From Mobula hypostoma (lineage: Eukaryota): DNA of 64,000 nt. Position 1 is the stretch's first letter. Every line of letters starts with the position of its first letter. Location of the stretch: the NCBI RefSeq assembly GCF_963921235.1, contig NC_086109.1, forward strand, positions 28,584,001 to 28,648,000, read 5' to 3'. Of the stretch, positions 36,101 to 48,042 are shown one piece after another. Position numbers and translations under genes: made by a program. The notes under the pieces are model-generated. The model saw only the letters and a list, made by a program, of their open reading frames with translations, searched no databases and was not told where the DNA came from.

Positions 36101-38340
36101 TGGGTAAATTGATGGAAAGTATTCTTAGAGATGGTATATATAAGTATCTGGATAGACAGGGTCTGATTAGGAACAATCAACATGAATTTGTGCATGGAAG
36201 GTCATGTTTGACAAATCTTATTGAATTTTTTGAAGAGGTTACTAGGAAAGTTGACAGGGGTAAAGCGGTGGATGTTGTCTATATGGATTTCAGTAAGGCC
36301 TTTGACAAGGTTCCACATGGAAGGTTAGTTAGGAAGGTTCAATCATTAGGTATTAATATTGAAGTAGTAAAATGGATTCAGCAGTGGCTGGATGGGAGAC
36401 GCCAGAGAGTAGTGGTGGATAACTATTTGTCAGATTGGAGGCCGGTGACTAGCGGTGTGCCTCAGGGATCTGTACTGGGTCCAATGTTGTTTGTCATATA
36501 CATTATTGATCTGGATGATGGGGTGGTAAATTGAATTAGTAAGTATGCAGATGATACTAAGATAGGTGGAGATGTGGATCATGAAGTAGGTTTTCAAAGC
36601 TTGCAGAGAGATTTAGGCCGGTTAGAAGAGTAGGCTGAAAGATGGCAGATGGGGCTTAATGCTGATAAATGTGAGGTGCTACATTTTTGTAGGACTAATC
36701 AAAATAGGATATACATGGTAAATGGTAGGACATTGAAGAATGCAGTAGAACAGGGGGATCTAGAAATAATGGTGCATAGTTCCCTGAAGGTGGAATCTCA
36801 CGTGGATAGGGTGGTGAAGAAAGCTTTTGGTATGCTGGCCTTTATAAATCAGAGCATTGAGTATAGGAGTTGGGATGTAATGTTAAAATTGTACAAGGCA
36901 TTGGTAAGGCCAAAATTGCAGTATTGTGTACAGTTCTAGTCACTGAATTATAGAAAAAATGTAAACAAAATTGAGGGAGTACAGAGAAGATTTACTAGAT
37001 GTTACCTGGGTTTCATCACCTAAGTTACAGAGAAAGGTTGAGCAAGTTAGGTCTTTATTCTTTGGAGTGTAGAAGGTTGAGGGGGGACTTGATAGAGGTA
37101 TTTAAAATTACGAGGGGGATAGATAGAGTTGACGTGGATAGGCTTTTTCCATTGAGAGTAGGGGAGATTCAAACAAGAGGACATGAGTTGAGAGTTAAAG
37201 GGCAAAAGTTTAGGGGTAACATGAGGGGGAACTTCTTTACTCAGAGAGTGGTAGCTGTGTGGAACGAGCTTCCAGCAGAAGTGGTTGAGGCAGGTTTGAT
37301 ATTGTCATTTAAAGTAAAATTGGATAGCTATATGGACAGGAAAGGAATGGAGGGTTATGGGCTGAGTACAGGTCGGTGGGACTAGGTGAGAGTAAGCGTT
37401 CGGCATGGACGAGAAGGGCTGAGATGGCCTGTTTCTGTGCTGTAGTTGTTATATGGTTATACGATGATACAACTAGTGTTGACAGAATCTCAAGTGGAAA
37501 GGAGAGGGTGTACAGGAGTGAGATATACCAACTAGTTGAATGGCATCACAGCAGCAACCTTTCACTCAATGTCAGCATAACCAAAGAGCTGTTTGTGGAC
37601 TTCAGAAAGGATAGAATGAGGGAACATGAAACAATCCTCACAGAGGAATCAGAAGTGCAGAGAATAAGCAATTTCAAATTCCTGGGTGTCAAGATCTCTG
37701 AGGATCTAACCTGGACCAAACATTTTGATGCAGCTATAAAGAAGGCAAGACCGCGACTATACTTCATTAGAAGTTTGAGGAGATTTGGGTTGCCACATAA
37801 GACACGCAAAAACTTCTACGGATGTGCCATGGAGAGCATTCTGACAGGTTGCATCATTGTATGCTATGGGTGGTGGCGGGCAACTGCACAGGATTGAAAG
37901 AAGCTGCAGAGGATTGTAAACTGAGTCAGCTCCATCTTGGGTACTAACCTCCATAGTATCCAAAACATCTTCAAGGAGTGGTGTCTCAGAAAGGTGGCAT
38001 CCATCATTAAGGACTCCCTATCACCCAGGACATTCCCTCTTCTCATTCTTACTGTCAGGAAGGAAGTTCAGAAGCCTGAAGGCACACACTCAGTGATTCA
38101 GGAACAGCTTCTTCCCCTCTGCCATATGATTCCAAAATGGACATTGAACCCATGAGCATTACTTCACTTTTATTATTTTCTGTTTTTGCGCTACTTTTAA
38201 TTTAACTATTTAATATGCATATATACTTATTGTAGTTGATTTACTTATTCATTGTTTTTTTCTATATTATTATGTATTGCATTGTTCTGCTGCTGCAAAG
38301 TTAACCAGCTTCACAGCACATGCCGGTGATTCTGATTCTA
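33147..38340 (+). mobile_element. Rex1/Babar LINE #2 nested in #1, in pieces 33147-33514 and 37463-38340
   Basis: LCNWIL.FLT.RPQSV, IYNFPD|DDTT, FKFLGVKISEDLTW; (GATTCT)n tail; candidate TSD AGTG (33143-33146 and 38341-38344). Confidence 0.82.
33515..37462 (+). mobile_element. Near full-length decayed CR1: 5' UTR, ORF1 esterase, ORF2 APE-RT
   Basis: ORF1 RAVVIGD, HVGTND and DGLHLN (SGNH-type); ORF2 YFNARSI, VAISETWL, DFNFP.IDW, SSDH, and RT motifs including KYADDTK. Several stops and frameshifts; candidate TSD GAT. Confidence 0.93.
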
Positions 38341-39266
38341 AGTGGGTAGTCTCATCAGCAACACACAGGGAGAGGATTCAGAGGCTTGTCAAATGCTGGG
38401 AGAACAGCAAACTGAGTCTCAATGTGGACAAGACAAAAGAGATTATTGTGGACCAGGAAGGCACAGGTCAACCACTCTCCATTTCACATCAATGGCTCTG
38501 CTGTGGAGAGAGTAAAGAGCACAAAGTTTCTTGGTGTGCATATTATGGACAATCTAACCTGAAGCTGCGTGTTGTCTGTCACTAGTCAAAAAGGCACAGA
38601 GGCATCTACACTTTCTGAAGAAATTGAGGTGTGCAAGGCTCTCTGCCCTCATTTCTACAGGAACACCATTGAGAGAGTCCTGTCTGGCTCATTCATTGTG
38701 TGGTACGGAAGCTGCAAGTCATCAGAACGCAAGACCCTACAGAGGATAACTAAAGTTGTTGAGAGCGTCACTGGTGTCTCTCTCTCTCCCCCCTATTTGT
38801 GACATGTACCAGAAGCATTGCAGATGAAGGGCCTGAGTCATAGTTGAGGACCCCTACCACTTATCCAACAATCTCTTTGACCCACTGACATCATGAAGGA
38901 GGTTCAGGAGCATCTGGACTAGGACTGCCAGACTGGGTAACAGCTTCTTCCCTCAGGCTGTGAGACTAAAGAATACGCTGCACCACCAAGGTCTCGTCAC
39001 TAGGAGAGCGAGCTGTTCACTGCCCTGTGTGCTGTTTACATATGCTGCGCTTTACTACATGCATCTTGAATTATATTTTATTAACTTATTTATGGTAATA
39101 TTTTGCTTTATGTGCGTTGTTTGTTATATGTTTTGTGGGTCCAGGGGAATGTAGTTCCAGCTGGTTGTATATGTAGTCAGATGACAATACACTTGAACTT
39201 GAACTTGTTCCATTTGAGTCCTGTTGGCAGTGCCTGGCTTATGATAACATAAATTAGCAGCAGGAG

Positions 39267-39545
39267 GCTGGCACAATGACACAGCTCAAAGCTAAAGTGG
39301 CTGCCTCACTGACGCAGGTTCAATCCTGACCTCTGATGTTGTCTGTGTGGAGTCTGCATAATTTCTCTGTGGATTTCATCCAGATGCTCCTATTTCCTCC
39401 CACATCACAAAGATGTTAGTAAGTTAATTGGAGCCTCCAAATTATATCTGGTAGAACTTGAGGGGAGTTGATAGGAACATGGCGAGCCTAAAAGGGATTA
39501 TTATTCATTGATGATTGGTAAAGATGTGGTTGGCTTTTACACCAA
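39267..39545 (+). mobile_element. HE1/V-SINE-like SINE
   Basis: tRNA-like head with B-box GGTTCAATCCT at about 39317, and V-core TGTCTGTGTGGAGTCTGCA..GATGCTCC..TTTCCTCCCACA. Confidence 0.8.
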
Positions 39546-40374
39546 TTTCCATATGAGTAGTGCCTGGGATCTCTTGAGTCTGTTCTGAAATTCAATAAGA
39601 TAAAAGCTTTTCTGATTCTGACTTTGCCTCCAGATTCCTATCTTCTTCCTGGTGACTTTTTACCTCCTTGCTCGTCAGAAAATTATCTACTTCACAGTTA
39701 AAATATTCAAACAGTCTGCCTCCACTGTCATTTGAAGTAGGGATTTGCAAGCAGTCAGAACTCTTTGAGCGTTTATCTCCTTCTGCTTACTTTTACACAG
39801 TGACATCATCAATTTATAGCAAAGAGCAGTAAAATGTATTTGCACGTCCCAACTTATCTTAAAATCATTCAACCCTTTCCAACTCTGAATCTTATTTTAT
39901 GGTCTTGCACATGAGTCATGCAGCTGATTTGAAACCCCCTATAAATTTAGGGTTTTCTTCTTTGGTTCCCAAGGTTGAGATCCCACAGATCCAACCGAAA
40001 CAGGAGGCACAGAACAGTGACTGTTCCTGTGATAATATCACAGACAAGATCTATGAAATCCCTGCCAAGTGAGCCAATACAGTTTCAATAATTCTATTTC
40101 CATTATTAACTTGGTAACTGAAACTTGTTTTTCTTTTGGATCTGCCGTTTTCAATAAATGGCAGAGGATCAGTGCGCATATATTTTGGGTTAAAATTTGC
40201 TCTCTGTTATATATTCTAAGCAGATGTGCCAAGATATTCATTAACTTCACTTACGAAGTGTTGAAAGATTGTGGTGATTTGGGTTCACATCAAATCATTT
40301 TATTGCATTAGGATTTGAGTCATAGACAAGGCAATTAACCCTAAAAATATGCCACAGAGTGGTGGACACTCATA

Positions 40375-41090
40375 GATTCAGAGTCAGAGAGACTCATCGA
40401 TGCACACAGGACAGAAACAGATTCTTCGGCCAACTGAACCTATGCCAGCTATCAATCACCCAACTTACACTAATACTACACAAACCCATTTTTTCTCCCT
40501 ACGTTCCCATCAGCTACCGCCCTTCCATAATCCCCTCACTCAACCTACACAGTAAGGTTAATTTACAGTGGCCAATGAATCTATCAGCTTGCAAGTCTCT
40601 GAGATATGAAAGGAAACCAGAACATTCAGAGGAAATCCACACAGTTACAGGGAGACAGTGCAAGCTCAATGCAGACAGATGACCTTAAGTATCTATCCAA
40701 ACTAATCCCATTTCTCAACACTTGGTCCTTGGCCATGTATGCTTTGGTGATCCAAACGCTTCTCGATGTAATTCTTCAATTTATGAGAGTACCTACCTCA
40801 ACTAACTACCCACTCGGAAAGTCCCAGATTCCAGCCACTGTTTGTGTATGAACATTCATCCCTCAGATGTCCTCTAAATCTTTTACTCCTTACCTTCAGC
40901 TATTTAGTCTTAGACATTTCCTTGAAGGGGAAATGTTATTGTTTTCTTCTCAGTTTTGCTTTCTTCGATCAGATGACCAAGGAATGTAAACCCAGCTTAT
41001 CCAGTTTCTCCTCATAGCTGGAATGCTTCATCCCACCCAACATCCTGGTGAATCTCTTCCACACCCTCTCCAATACACCCAAGATTGCTC
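40375..41090 (-). mobile_element. Old CR1 3' remnant with an embedded V-SINE (about 40520-40680)
   Basis: Reverse-complement CR1 motifs (RFTRML, 3' UTR) and a V-core remnant. Confidence 0.6.
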
Positions 41091-41609
41091 TCCATTGCGA
41101 AAACTCCTGGGTTCTGTCTGGACAGACTAGTATATTCCTAGAGCATCCTGGGTGCAGATAACGGTTATGTAAAGTGTAATTGATTGATCTGTTTTATAGA
41201 TCTGTTGGATCTTATGACAGAAGCCTGATCTTCGTAACTGATCTCAGAAACTTATCTTCCTATTAATTACCCTAAGAGTTTCATTGACATTGTGGAGTGT
41301 GATAGTGGTGCTGTCTTCACAATATTAACAATTCTTCTGCCAACACTGTGTCAGCTATAGTCTCACAGTCTTCTATCCCAGATTAAGGATTTACAAATCC
41401 ACTTAAGAACAAAAGCCAATTATGTACATCTATATCTGATTTCTACTGACTCTCCACATCTAAGTGCAGAGAGTCACTGTAGCTGATGTTGAAGTGTGGT
41501 AAAGACTTCACTGGTGCACTCGACCAGTTTGCTTAACATATTGGCAATCAGACATGTACTGGGTGGTGTTTTGCTAATTTAGGTACAACTTAAATTTCAT
41601 TTTGATATT

Positions 41610-41846
41610 ATAGACAATAGACAATAGGTGCAGGAGTAGGCCATTCAGCTCTTCGAGCCAGCACCGTCATTCATTGTGATCATGGCTGATCATCCACAAT
41701 CAGCACCCTGTTCCTGCCTTCTCCCCATATCCCTTGACTCTGCTATCTTTAAGAGCTCTGTCTAACTCTTTCTTGAAAGAATCCAGAGAATTGGCCTCCA
41801 CTGCCTTCTGAGGCAGAGCATTCCACAGAACCACAACCCTCTGTGT
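41610..41846 (-). mobile_element. CR1 3' end
   Basis: RVVVLWNALPQKAVEA; 3' UTR GCTCGAAGAGCTGAATGGCCTACTCCTGCACC; (TATTGTC)n tail. Confidence 0.85.
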
Positions 41847-42449
41847 TTTGTTTCTGAATAGATTCTAAATACTTAGATTCCACTCTAGCCGCCCACTCTA
41901 ACTAGTCTATGAAATTAATGTTCAGGTATCAAGACTATAATTAAATGAGTTGTAACAATAGCACCCCACTCACTATATTTAATATTCAGTGAAATGAATT
42001 AGGACAAGAAGACAGAAGAAGTAATTCACCTAAATAAACAGGATTCAGTAGCAGATGAATTGTGTCTTTACTTCAATGGGAAACTTCAATATTGCAGAAT
42101 TGGTTGGAGTCCTGTGAAATAAATATTCCCAGTGACACTGAAACGAAAATACAGTACTGCTGGTATCATAACACACAATATCATGATTAAATAAAAGGGT
42201 CATACAAGTTACCATGTCAGATATTTATGCATTGTGCGTTTGCCTAATTGGTGCCCTGTCATTGCATGGATATCTGCAGAAGGTCTGAAAGGATGTAAAA
42301 ATTCAGCTTGCATGACTATTGCAGGCAATTAGAATGGTAATATGAACAGCATTTTGTTAATCAAACTGAACATAAAATAGGGGATGAATTTCTGTTCTTC
42401 CATGTTCAAACTGTTAATTAAATGTCATAGCTGAAAGATAACTACTTAC

Positions 42450-42460
42450 AGGTTGTTGAT
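42450..42460 (-). other. Candidate 11-nt microexon
   Basis: About 50 nt of AG-free pyrimidine tract: tattaatactcTGCcattcttttcattatcttcccttacccaactAG|ATCAACAACCT|GTAAGTAG. Confidence 0.4.
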
Positions 42461-42614
42461 CTAGTTGGGTAAGGGAAGATAATGAAAAGAATGGCAGAGT
42501 ATTAATACAGAATCTCTCCTTAAATTACCTTGACTGCTCAATATTGAATGTTCCTAGCTGTGCCCAACTTCTTCCCAACCTGAATATAATTATTTGATTT
42601 TAAATCTGACCCTC

Positions 42615-42755
42615 TGTATACTCGAAGAATAGTCTTGGCCCGAAATGATGATTGGTTTTTCCTCTCCATAGATGCTGACTGACCTGTTGAGTTCCTCCAG
42701 CATTTTGTGTGTATTAGGCTAGATTTCCAGTGTCTGCAGAATCTCTTGTGTTTTT
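42615..42755 (+). mobile_element. Penelope pLTR 3' fragment
   Basis: GGCCCGAAA...CTCCATAGATGCTG..TGACCTGTTGAGTTCCTCCAGCATTTTGTGTGT. Confidence 0.75.
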
Positions 42756-43166
42756 CCTCAGTATACTTGTATAGTATGGGTTTTGAAAAAGAGATTATAT
42801 TTTGCATTGTGTAGATGATCCGGTTTTGAATTTAGCAAAGATCTCAAAATAGTAATGCTATTAAAATTAAAGGAGAGTACCTAAAACTCTTCAGACAGAT
42901 CCATCAGATTTTTAAAAATAATCTTTGTTACTCTTGCCTCATTCTCAGGAATTGCTAAGAAAAAGTGGATTAATCTATTTTTAAATGGTACTATAAATTT
43001 GCTTCAAACATCAATCTTTACTAGCTTGATTTTTAAAAATTCCCCTTTTTGTGAAATGGTAGAAATTAAAAGTTGCCTACCCAGTTGACTGCTATTAAAT
43101 AAAACAAAATGATAACTTTCCTTCAGAGAACTCAGGTCTACACCTGAAGAATAACAGTTTACCACT

Positions 43167-43553
43167 CATCATCATTACGTGTTGTGTTGTATGAAATATG
43201 TGTTCATGGTCTATCCATGACCATGATTATTCTTGGTAAATTTTTCTACAGATGTGGTTTGCTATTGCCTTCTTCTGGGTAGAGTCTTTACGAGATGGAT
43301 GGCCCTAGCCATTACAAATACTTCTCAGAGATTGTCTAGCTGGCATCAGTAGTTGTACAACCAGGACTTATGATATGCACCAACTGCTTATACGACCACT
43401 CACACCTGCTACCATGGCTTCATGTGACCATGGTCAGGGGTAGTGAGAAGAGAAGCAAGTGCTATACCTTGCCCAAAGGTGACCTGCAGGCTAGAGGAGG
43501 GAAGGAGTGCCTTACACCTCCTTTGGTAGGGACATAACTCAAACCTGCCATCC
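43167..43553 (-). mobile_element. ~385-bp SINE-like element with a (TGA)n tail, probably RTE-mobilised
   Basis: TSD TTTACCACT (43158-43166 and 43558-43566); homologous to 45816-46193. Confidence 0.8.
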
Positions 43554-43610
43554 ATAATTTACCACTACCTGATAAAAAAATATCCCAATGGTAATGACAG
43601 AGAAACTTAC

Positions 43611-43619
43611 CAATATATC
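43611..43619 (-). other. Candidate 9-nt microexon, or the 3' end of a longer exon
   Basis: ttctttgaagtctgtAG|GATATATTG|GTAAGTTT; other AGs lie nearby. Confidence 0.25.
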
Positions 43620-44099
43620 CTACAGACTTCAAAGAACTATACAGAGCTTATCAACGGCCCTCTCTTAATTGTGTATGAAGGAAATGAGCTTGACTTGGCC
43701 ATTGCTTTGATCATATTGTCCTTTATTGTTAATAGTCTGTAAAGCACTGATGGAACACAATGAAGTTGAATAATATCAAGCATCCTCCAACCAAACTTCA
43801 AATTTGATGCCTTCTGTGAAAAGCCGTTTGCTGAACATATCTTCAAGAATTTGTTTATACAGTTGCATTAATGTTGGCTGACTTCTTAAATTTTCAATCC
43901 TGATTTGAAAACACTTAGGAAGATCCTACTCAATTGCTTTTCAAATTTATCATCAAATGTAACAACTTGCAGATCTTCATATAATTCTTTTCAACATACT
44001 CAATTTTAGATTCAATCTATAATTCATCTTGAAACATCATTTTTAAGATATAATAATAGTGCCACACCCAACCTAGATGGAGAAAATGTAATTCCTCAG

Positions 44100-44594
44100 C
44101 AATGTTCCCTCTAAGATGTGCACGTGTGAGTGCACAAAGAAATTTAAACTGCGCCCCAAATGTGGTCACCCTCTATCTCGTTGGCATGTTAAGTATATTT
44201 CATGATCGTACACAATCACATTTCCTTTTCCGGTTTCTGACGCGGACGGTGTTGACTATGTGGAGTTTGCAATGATTTGTCTGCAGATTTTAGAACTGGC
44301 TTACTAGTACTGCTTTTGTTGGAAATTATTGATTCACTATGTCGAATTCCAAAGAAGCAAAAGGTGTGAAGCGCAAAAGAACTGCTAATTTATTTAAAGC
44401 TGAATGGCTTAATGAAACAGTAGAAACTGCTACACTGAAAGCTCAATAAACTCGGTAGTTTATTATCCATAGAATAGCTTCAGCTTTACTTCTACTTAAA
44501 AATTCAGTGCGCACAACATGTTGTAACTGGGCAAAAAATTACACAGCACAAGATTCTTGGGTACACTGGTTATTACAAATCAGAGGGAACATTG
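44100..44594. mobile_element. Non-autonomous hAT DNA transposon, 495 bp
   Basis: 13-bp TIR CAATGTTCCCTCT / AGAGGGAACATTG and a perfect 8-bp TSD TTCCTCAG (44092-44099 and 44595-44602). Confidence 0.93.
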
Positions 44595-45815
44595 TTCCTC
44601 AGTGATTTACGAATGGTAAACACATCGATATAAGTGACTCAGACTGATTTTATGGCATAATTTGTATATCTTTTGTTCCCGGAGAAATTCACCATGCATT
44701 TACTAAGAGAAGCTGCTGCAGTTTCTATTTCCTAACTGGATGTACTTGTTGAACTTCTGATGTGTGATATTCTGCTTTGCGCGAGTCATAAACATTACCC
44801 TATCTTCAATACATTACCTGATGTAATGTCGCCAAACACTATTTTATATTACCGTCATAAATTCACAGGTCTCTATTTACAGTGTCAACTATATAAATGT
44901 GATGCTGAAGTATAATAGAAGCATACCTCCACCAAGAATGAATAGTTACAGCATGACTAATGTATAGAGATGATGTCTGGAGCGCTTAGTCTTGCAATCA
45001 ATTATTCCCAAGCTTTTAAAATTTATTTTGCTAAACATTCTCTTAACTTACCATGTGTCATGTAATAAAAATATCAATCAATGCCTCACCTTCCACGTAG
45101 TGTATGCCCACTATGATAAAAGCATGAAACTAAAAGAAAGAAATTGCATTATATTTATAAGTGATTCAAATACCATTTCTGTTGTAGCCGTAAATCATAA
45201 TCTCACAAAGTTTATCAGTCACTGCAAAAACAGCACAGTATAAAGAAGTCAATTGAAAACACTTTAGGCCCATCATATCATGCCAAGCATGAAATACACA
45301 TCTATATTCTTCCCATTCACCAACATTCGGACCACAATCTTCTATGTGTGGGAAATACAATCATTTGTTTGTACAGGGCTGCGGTGTCAGCCTCCAACCT
45401 TTACTCTCCAACTCCAGCTTGGGAACTATGCATTCCAGACCCTAAACAGCTTTTGGGCAAGGACTTACACTGATCACATTTAAGCCTCCTACACTTTACC
45501 TTTAACTAATGGCTTTTGGTTTTAGGCATCCAGGTAATAGGAAAAAAATTGTTTTATTGTCTACGCTATCAATGTCACCTAACTTTGCCGGCTTCATCTG
45601 GGTCCACCTAATCTTTTATAAGTTTATGCTGTCACCTAACCACCCATAGTGTAAGCCCTGGCTAATGAAGGCAAATATCCCATGTACCTTCTTTACCACA
45701 TTAGTTCAAGGGATTCTTGAGCATGCCAGTAAGATCTCTGTGTTCTTCAATGTTACAAAGGATGCTATCATTCATTGGATATATTCTAGCCTTTTAGAAC
45801 TCTTAAAACACATCA

Positions 45816-46193
45816 GTGGTGGGGTGGAGATACCGCTCTATCAAAGGAGGTGTAAGCCACTCCTTCCCTCCGCTAGCATGCAGGTCACCCTTAGGCAAGG
45901 TGTAGCACCTGCTTAGCCCCACTGTTCAGGGTCACACATGGCCATGGGAGCAGGTGGTAGATGGTCGTATGAGCAGCTGGTGAATATCATGTCCTGGTTA
46001 TGCAACCACCGACAGCAGGCAGACAATCTCTGAAGAGTATTGATACTGGATGGGATCATCGGTCTTTAAAGATACTGTCCAGAAAGCAGTAATAGCAAAT
46101 GACTTCTGGAGAAAAACTTGCCAAGAATAATCATGGTCATGGATAGACCATGATCGCCCACATTATATGACACAACACAAGATGATGATAGTG
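45816..46193 (+). mobile_element. SINE-like element with a (GAT)n tail, inserted in an old minus-strand CR1 remnant (about 45480-46490)
   Basis: Same family as 43167-43553; 3' hairpin CATGGTC-ATGGATA-GACCATG. Confidence 0.8.
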
Positions 46194-47829
46194 AAAAGGC
46201 ATTGTCCCATACATATCAGTACTGAGTTCAATTTGCCAACGTTCTGGCCATTTTACCAACTCAACAATAACATCCTCTAGCTTAAGAGCACATTCCTCAC
46301 TATTAACAACACCACTAATTTTTATGCTATTGGCAAGCACACCCTCCCATGTTCTCATCCAAGTAGTTTATGTGTGAAACAAACAGTGAGGAGAACAGCT
46401 TTGCTCACAAAATATCACACCTTCCCTCCTATTACCAAGTTTATTTTGGATCCAATTAGCCAACTTGTCTTTGATCCTAAATACTCACAATTGCTTTATA
46501 TTAACCAATTTTCAATTTTTATTTCTATTTTTTCAAACTATGGATGTTTAATTATTCTGACAAAACATATTGACACATCATTAATAGAAAGCAGGATAAA
46601 CAACCATTCTCAATCCATTTTTAGAATCAGTCCTGGAGATCCAAAGTACAAAACATAGAATTACAATTTCAGATCTTTAATAGTAATCCTCATGAACAAT
46701 CTCAATGGCAGTTTTGGTAAGGAGTTTCCTCTGGGTCATACTACAGCTTGAAAACTGAAGTTACTCTCAGCATGAAAATCCTTTCAATTTTTATATTGTG
46801 GAAATAATCAAGGAATTATACACGTGGGCAAGGAATGTTTGATTTCAAAAACTGGAACTAATCTTAAACACTTGCATGGATCACAAATTCAGATCTTAAT
46901 GTTATATATTTTATATAAGGTTTTGATATGATTCAATTACACAGCTGAACACTATTAGCTGTGGGGCAGGAGTCCTCATCTCTTGAGCAAACACGGAAAC
47001 CAGGCTGTGTCATGTTCTATTTTAATATATTTTCGTTTGGCTCTCCATTTGGTGAGAGGGAAAGTCTGGGAGGAAAAAACACCCAGAAAACATCTGTCCG
47101 GATGAAGGAAGAACGACTGGTCAACAGGAAGTGAGTGTTAGTGCACTTCCATAAAGATTTAACTGCAGGTGGAAGAGGAAAGTAAATAGAATCAGTAAGA
47201 TAGGAAAATGTACTGAATGAACTAGTCTGCAGCCACCGATACACCCATTCCCATCTCCAACTCAGTGCCTGGCATGGGCTTGCAGGAGCTACCAGAGGGA
47301 AATTTTTAACTTATTTTCCTGAGCTAGGTTTTGTGGAAATTTTCATGAAAATTGGACAGTGTGCTGTTAGCATAGAGAACAAGATAATGATTTAATTATT
47401 CACATCTTATTGGTTTTATTTTTAACTTGGACTTGCTCCTCTGATCTGTGTGACAACATTTCCATGCCTTTATCTCAGCTTCCTAATTTAAGTTTTCCCG
47501 GAATGGGCACTGCCTTCATTCTGATCTGCTGATATTTCAGTTACTGATTGGTACACATAAATGTAGGATTACCACTTCGGATTGTAGACAAGATAGTGTC
47601 TATAGCTGTGAACATTGTTGTTGAAAGAACTATCAGGAAAAGGCAGCAATTTTCCAGCCTGGCACAAGGTTCATGATATATAATTATCCTCCAGAATATA
47701 GGAGGACTTCCATTATGAGGCACCAGAACAAATGGACCACAAATAAAATTTTACCTCAATTTCAATTTCATTTGTATTTTAGATATTTTTAATACTCTCA
47801 GATATTAATTTGGTGGTGACAATAAATAA

Positions 47830-48042
47830 CCTGCTGAATGAACTCAGCGAGTCAAGCAGCATCTTGGGAAGAAAGGAATTGTTGACATTTTGGATCGACA
47901 CCGACACCCTGCCTCATTTGAATCCTGATGCAGGGTTTCATCCTGAAATGTCGACAGTTCCTTTCCTCCCACAGACGCTGCTTGATCAGCTGAGTTCTTT
48001 CAGCAGATTGTTGCTCCAGATCCTGGCATCTACAGTTTCTCA
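47830..48042. mobile_element. Fold-back Penelope pLTR-derived mini-element; a further fragment at about 48215-48320
   Basis: Inverted arms at about 47831-47892 and 47945-48006 flank a centre containing CTGATG..AGGG..TCCTGAAATGTCGAC. Confidence 0.75.

Larger units (their letters stand above)
32735..39207 (+). mobile_element. Rex1/Babar LINE #1, in pieces 32735-33146 and 38341-39207
   Basis: STDDA, STGVPQG, IVKFADDTTV, then after the insert LNVDKTKEIIVD, FYRNTIE..L.G...VWYG, and a (CTTGAA)n tail. Confidence 0.8.

Noticed and set aside
39267..39335. tRNA-like A/B boxes
   Set aside because: They form the head of a V-SINE, not a tRNA gene; there is no cloverleaf and the V-core follows directly.
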